The notes beneath the pieces were generated by a model, which had not been told where the DNA came from, searched no databases, and was given only the letters and a program-made list of their open reading frames with translations. DNA of 64,000 bases, from positions 526,939 through 590,938 of the forward strand of contig MU057377.1 of assembly GCA_013265495.1 (NCBI GenBank), read 5' to 3'. The position numbers and the translations under genes are program-made. Positions 59,243 to 64,000 of the stretch are shown here, in pieces. The stretch's first letter is position 1. Each line of letters begins with the position of its first letter. The DNA is from Vicugna vicugna (Eukaryota).

Positions 59243-60589
59243 CTAGAAAAAAAGCAAATATGAATTAAATACTTAATCACTTAAAATCTTAAATTATTAT
59301 TTGTAAGAAAATCATCTGTTAAGTATTAATCAAATTGACACTGGAAATAAAATACGCCCCAGACTTATTGTGTCACATGCTCATCTCTGTAGTACAGGTA
59401 CCTCTGGGCATGTTGAAATAGCTGATAGGTAGACTTGCAGATGAGACTTATATGATGAAACAAAGATTCCTAGGAAATATCATCCTAAGATAAGATCACA
59501 GACATGTTTGATTTATCACAGATCCTCAGTAATCAATATAAAGGCAATTTAAGTGTGGTACTTTTCTCAGATTATGGTGCAGTGAATTCATGCTTGATTT
59601 TTAGGAAAGCGATGAATTGTAGGAGGGAAAAAAAAAAAAGAAAGAGACCCTAAGATAAACAAAATGCCTTAGAGGAGAAGGTATTATTGCTTTGTTACAA
59701 TTTGAACAAGGAATTCACAAAAAGGGAGATGCAAAATATTCACCTCAGCACAGAACACACTGTGGCTTTCGGCCACAGAGGCTCAGGAGAGCAGAATGTT
59801 GGGTTGTGAGAAGTGGTGTCAGGACTGCTCCACTGCATCCGTGGCCACAGGGGCGTCAGCTGCCCCGGGAGCACCAGAGGCCAGTACCCTGCATATCTCT
59901 CTTACTTCTAATGAATTACTATGAATAACAGCACATTAAATACTAGGTTTGTGGCACTATTCTGAGCACTTCCTGAATGATCCCTCTAACCTGGCTACAA
60001 CCACAAAAACAGATGACCAGTACTTCTCTCTCTGGGCCATGGTCAAGTAGACACTCCACTGGGTAGGACAGCCAGAACTTGACACAGGCAGTCTGGCTTT
60101 AGTTTGTGCTCTTTACCACTTTGCTATAGTGGTAAAGGCTAGATTTATCACTTCGGTTCACCTGAATTGGAAACTAGAATATAAATTATTCCTCTGGGAT
60201 CATGTGGAAAGGAACAACTGATAGTGTGTCTGAGAACTTACAGCATGTTGCTGTCTGGGACAGCCCACCACGCAAGGGGGGGCTCCACACAGAAATTAGC
60301 CACAGATTCTAATTATTATCAGTTGTTAGTATCTCATTACAGAATGAGAACACAGCTATGGAAGGGATCAAACTGCTACTCTAGCAGAGGAAAAAGGCAG
60401 TTAATGAACTAAGGAATGGTGAGGGCCATATACTGGGTCATTTCTGGGTGATAAAAGACTAGACGGTTCCACAATCTGGCTGAGGAATTATGTCCAATGA
60501 GCTGACTAAGCCATCTGACATCACTGCAGTGCCCCTGTGAGCCTGTGGCCTGCAGGCTATAGGAATCCAGACTAAAAGCACACTCCTCG

Positions 60590-62510
60590 ACACCCACAAC
60601 TTCAAAACATATCACAAAGCTCCAATAATCAAACTGCGGTACCAGCATAAAGACAGACATGTAGACCAATGTTACAGAGTAGACAGCCCAGAAATAAACT
60701 CCATGTAACTGAGTAAATAATTGTTAAGTAGGATGCCCAGACCACTCAATGGGAAAAGAACACTCTCTTCAACAACCAGTGTTGCAAAAACTGGTGTTTG
60801 GATATCTTACACAGTATACATATATTAACTCAAAATGAATTAAAGCCCTAAATGTTTAGCTCAGAAGTATATAACTCTCAGTGGAAAGCATAAGGTAATG
60901 TTTCATAACATTGGGTTTAGCAATGTTTTATTAAATATGACACCAGAAGCACAAAAGCAAAAAATGGACAAATGGAATTATATCAAACTTAAAAAATTTT
61001 TGTTCCTCAAAGGACACAATCAACAGAGTGAAAAGGCAACCTACATATTGAAAAAAAGTTGTAAATCATATATATATTAAGGAACCTGTACCTAGAATAC
61101 ATAAATATTTCTTACAACTCAACAACAACAAAAAAATCAGATAACTCAATTAAAATATGGGCAAATGAACAGACACTTCTCCAAAGATGACATACAAATG
61201 GCCAACAAGAATATGAAAAGATGCTTAACAGTACTAATCATCAGAGCAATGTAAATCAACATCAAAATGAGGTATCTCTGAACTTTACAAACAAACAGAA
61301 AATGACAAGTGTTGGCAGGAATTGTGGAGAAGTTGCAATCTTTGTGTACTGTTGGTGGGACTGTAATATGTGACTATGGAAAAGAGTATGGTGGTTCAAA
61401 AAGTTAAAAACAGAACTGTCATATGCTCCTGCAATACCACTCATAGGTAGAGATCCAAAAGAACTGAAAACGTCCATCAACAGATGACTGGATAAAGAAG
61501 AGGTGGTATATTTATACAATGGAATACTATTCAGCTATAAAAACTGACAACATAATGCCATTTGCAGCAATATGGATGTCCCTGGAGAATGTCATTCTAA
61601 GTGAAGTAAGCCAGAAAGAGAAAGAAAAATACCATATGAGATTACTCATATGTGGACTCTCAAAAAAACAAAACAAAACAAAACAGAAACAGACTCACAG
61701 AAACAGAATACAAACTGGTGGTTGCCAAGGGGGTGGGGGGTGGGAAAGGGCAGACTGGGATTTCAAAATGTAGAATAGATAAACAAGATTATACTGTATA
61801 GCACAGGGAAATATATACAAATTTTGTGGTAGCTCACAGCAAAAAAAAATGTGACAATGAATATATGTATGTTCCTGTATAACTGAAAAATTGTGCTCTA
61901 CATTAGAATTTGACACAACATTGTAAAATGACTATTACTCAATAAAAAGTTAAAAAAAGACAAAAAAATTCATATAAAACAAAAAAAGAACTGAAAATGT
62001 TCCAAAAGAGATGTTTGTACACCCCTGTTCAAAGCTGCACTATTCACAACGGCCAACCTAATGCCCATTGAAGGATGACTGGGTAACAAAATGTGGTATA
62101 TACACACAACAGAACACCATGCAGCCTTAAAAATGAAAGGAACTCTGCTACAGGCTACAATGTAGATGACCCTTGAGGACGAATGCTAGGTGAAAGCTAG
62201 TCACACAAGGACAAACACTGTATGAGTCCACTTATATTAGGTACCTAAAGTAGCCAAATTTGTAGAAATAGAAATAGGAAAGTGGTTACCAGGGATAGGG
62301 GGAGGAGGAAATGGGGAACTGTGCTTTAATGAGTACAGATTCAGTTCTCCAAGTTGGAAAATCTCTGGAGATCTGTTTTATAATAATGTAAATATACTTA
62401 ACCCTACTGAATCATAGTGTTCAGCAAACTTGAAAAATATGAATAACTTAAAAACAGTTAAGGTGGTAAATTTTATGATGTGTTCTTTATCACAATTTAC
62501 AATAAAAAAC
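60590..62510 (+). mobile_element. Old L1M ORF2-end/3'UTR element containing a younger nested L1 3' end (61471-61983)
   Basis: L1 ORF2 C-terminal motifs; the younger insert (MEYYSAIK...MPFAAIWMSLENVILSEVSQ) is flanked by AAAAGAACTGAAAA at 61457-61470 and 61984-61997. Confidence 0.85.
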
Positions 62511-64000
62511 AATTCAGGGGGAGAAAAACACCCCATTTATTTGCTTTAAAAAAGTATGATGCTGTTCAAAAGTAGCATTTGAGTCTGAAGCTTAGAAAAA
62601 GGACCGGGGGCATTTTTGGATGCAATCAGCTGACATAAAATGAAACTTAACTCAGTTCGTAGATCATCTGAGTCTCTGGCAAACTGATGCGGAACAACCG
62701 TAGGTGACACTAGAGAAGCTACAGGAGGAAGGCAGATAGATCCAAAGAGCCAAATATACTATAAAAACTAGCAACTATTTGAAAACTTACATAAACTAAT
62801 GGCCGAAGCTCCGATACCTGCAGTCACTGACTCTGAGTCAGCCTGTATGCCCTATTTAATCCTGCACTGTGGCTGAGCCAGCCTGTTCCCTGTCTGTCTG
62901 TCTGTTTATTTTTTTGCTTTGTATATAGGCCAAATACAGGATTTACTTTGCTTTGGAGTTGGTGCCTACTCAATCAGGAAGAACTAAGAGGTAGAATGTG
63001 TCTGGGGACCCTTGGACAGGCCTGCTTCATTCATCAGGTAATTTGGGCCACCAGCCGCATCACTACAAGAGCTTGAACCATTCTATTTCCACACTTATGG
63101 TTTAAATAAATTACAATAATGACTAAAGAAAAATATAAAACTTGAAAAATAGCTACCACAAGGTAACGGTTATATGCTTACTAGTTTATAATACTTCTAC
63201 GAGAATATGAAAGGAGCCTGCTGTTTAATGTTCCAAACAGCAAATGAAATGGTACAGACGCACCTCAGTATAACTGCATAAGGAGCATGGTCACCTGGAG
63301 AAAGGAGAGAAGCAGTGGTTTTCAAAAAAAGGAAATTTCCAATACTTGGACCAAAGGAATAAATCAAGAAAAGGGATCTTGTGAGGATAAAGCTAAGAAA
63401 TTTCTGCAATTAATATGTGATTAATACAAGACTATCCTGAGCAGAAAATTAAGCAGATTTCATTATAAAAAAATTAATTGATACCTGTTTCTTAAAATCT
63501 TATAACTCTCTCATTTAAAGCCATATAATGAATTAACGAAATAATTTGAGGACTGGCCAGGAGAATGTCTTCCCTGAAAACTTTCCTAAAACAATTCTCC
63601 TAGAAGCCTCCAGAGGTACAAGTTATCCTCCAAAGATATGCGGGCAAGGAGGCAGATCCCAGGAAGATGAGGGGCAAGAGAAGGCACAGAGGACGTGGCA
63701 GCAGAGAAGACGACCTGTGAGCGTAAGTCACTGCCCGTCGCCCAAAAGTTACTACCAAGACTTCGAGTGGGGCAAGAGCAAGCTATTTCAGTTAGTGATG
63801 TTGCCAGGTCTGATACGGTGGGAGAGAACACAGGGCATGCTGAAGGGCTGCCAAAATTTAGCTATTTTACACAGCTACTGAGAACTTTATCACCAGTGCA
63901 CTGCGATTCAGAACTGAGGAGCAATCTTGGGTGAAATATGTTCTTTAATATCTGATAAGATTTATTAAGCATGCTGCTGCTATTATTTTGATTTTTCCAA

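Noticed and set aside
59243..64000. ASPM exon 16 or other genes at the right end
   Set aside because: Only intronic and L1 sequence recognised; the next exon presumably lies beyond the window.

Overview
Mammalian genomic DNA, most likely a camelid (inferred from tRNA-derived Vic-1-type SINEs and cetartiodactyl L1 3' ends), from the CFH/CFHR-F13B-ASPM region. The window holds a complete 12-exon F13B (coagulation factor XIII B) gene on the + strand (CDS 5505-24739, 1986 nt, 661 aa) and the 3' half of ASPM (exons 17-28) on the - strand (59242 down to stop at 35416). The layout is not the human one as I recall it (CFHR(+) ... F13B(-), ASPM(-), in tandem). Here F13B and ASPM are convergent. An orphan, CpG-rich copy of the ASPM promoter and truncated exon 1 (CCAAT boxes, CDE/CHR, Kozak ATG, 54 ASPM-like codons) sits on the + strand about 4.5 kb upstream of F13B. 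Two decayed CFHR exons (a CFHR3/4-type terminal exon and a CFHR1/2/5-type first exon with ATG>CTG) lie between F13B and ASPM. The simplest reading is an inverted duplication of the ASPM-F13B block with reciprocal loss, leaving F13B behind a captured cell-cycle promoter. Other points: sharply bounded GC/CpG-rich patches rewrite F13B exons 6, 7 and 10 and ASPM exons 18-19, and ASPM exon 18 is shorter and lacks IQ repeats. Comparisons with human sequences are from memory and need alignment.
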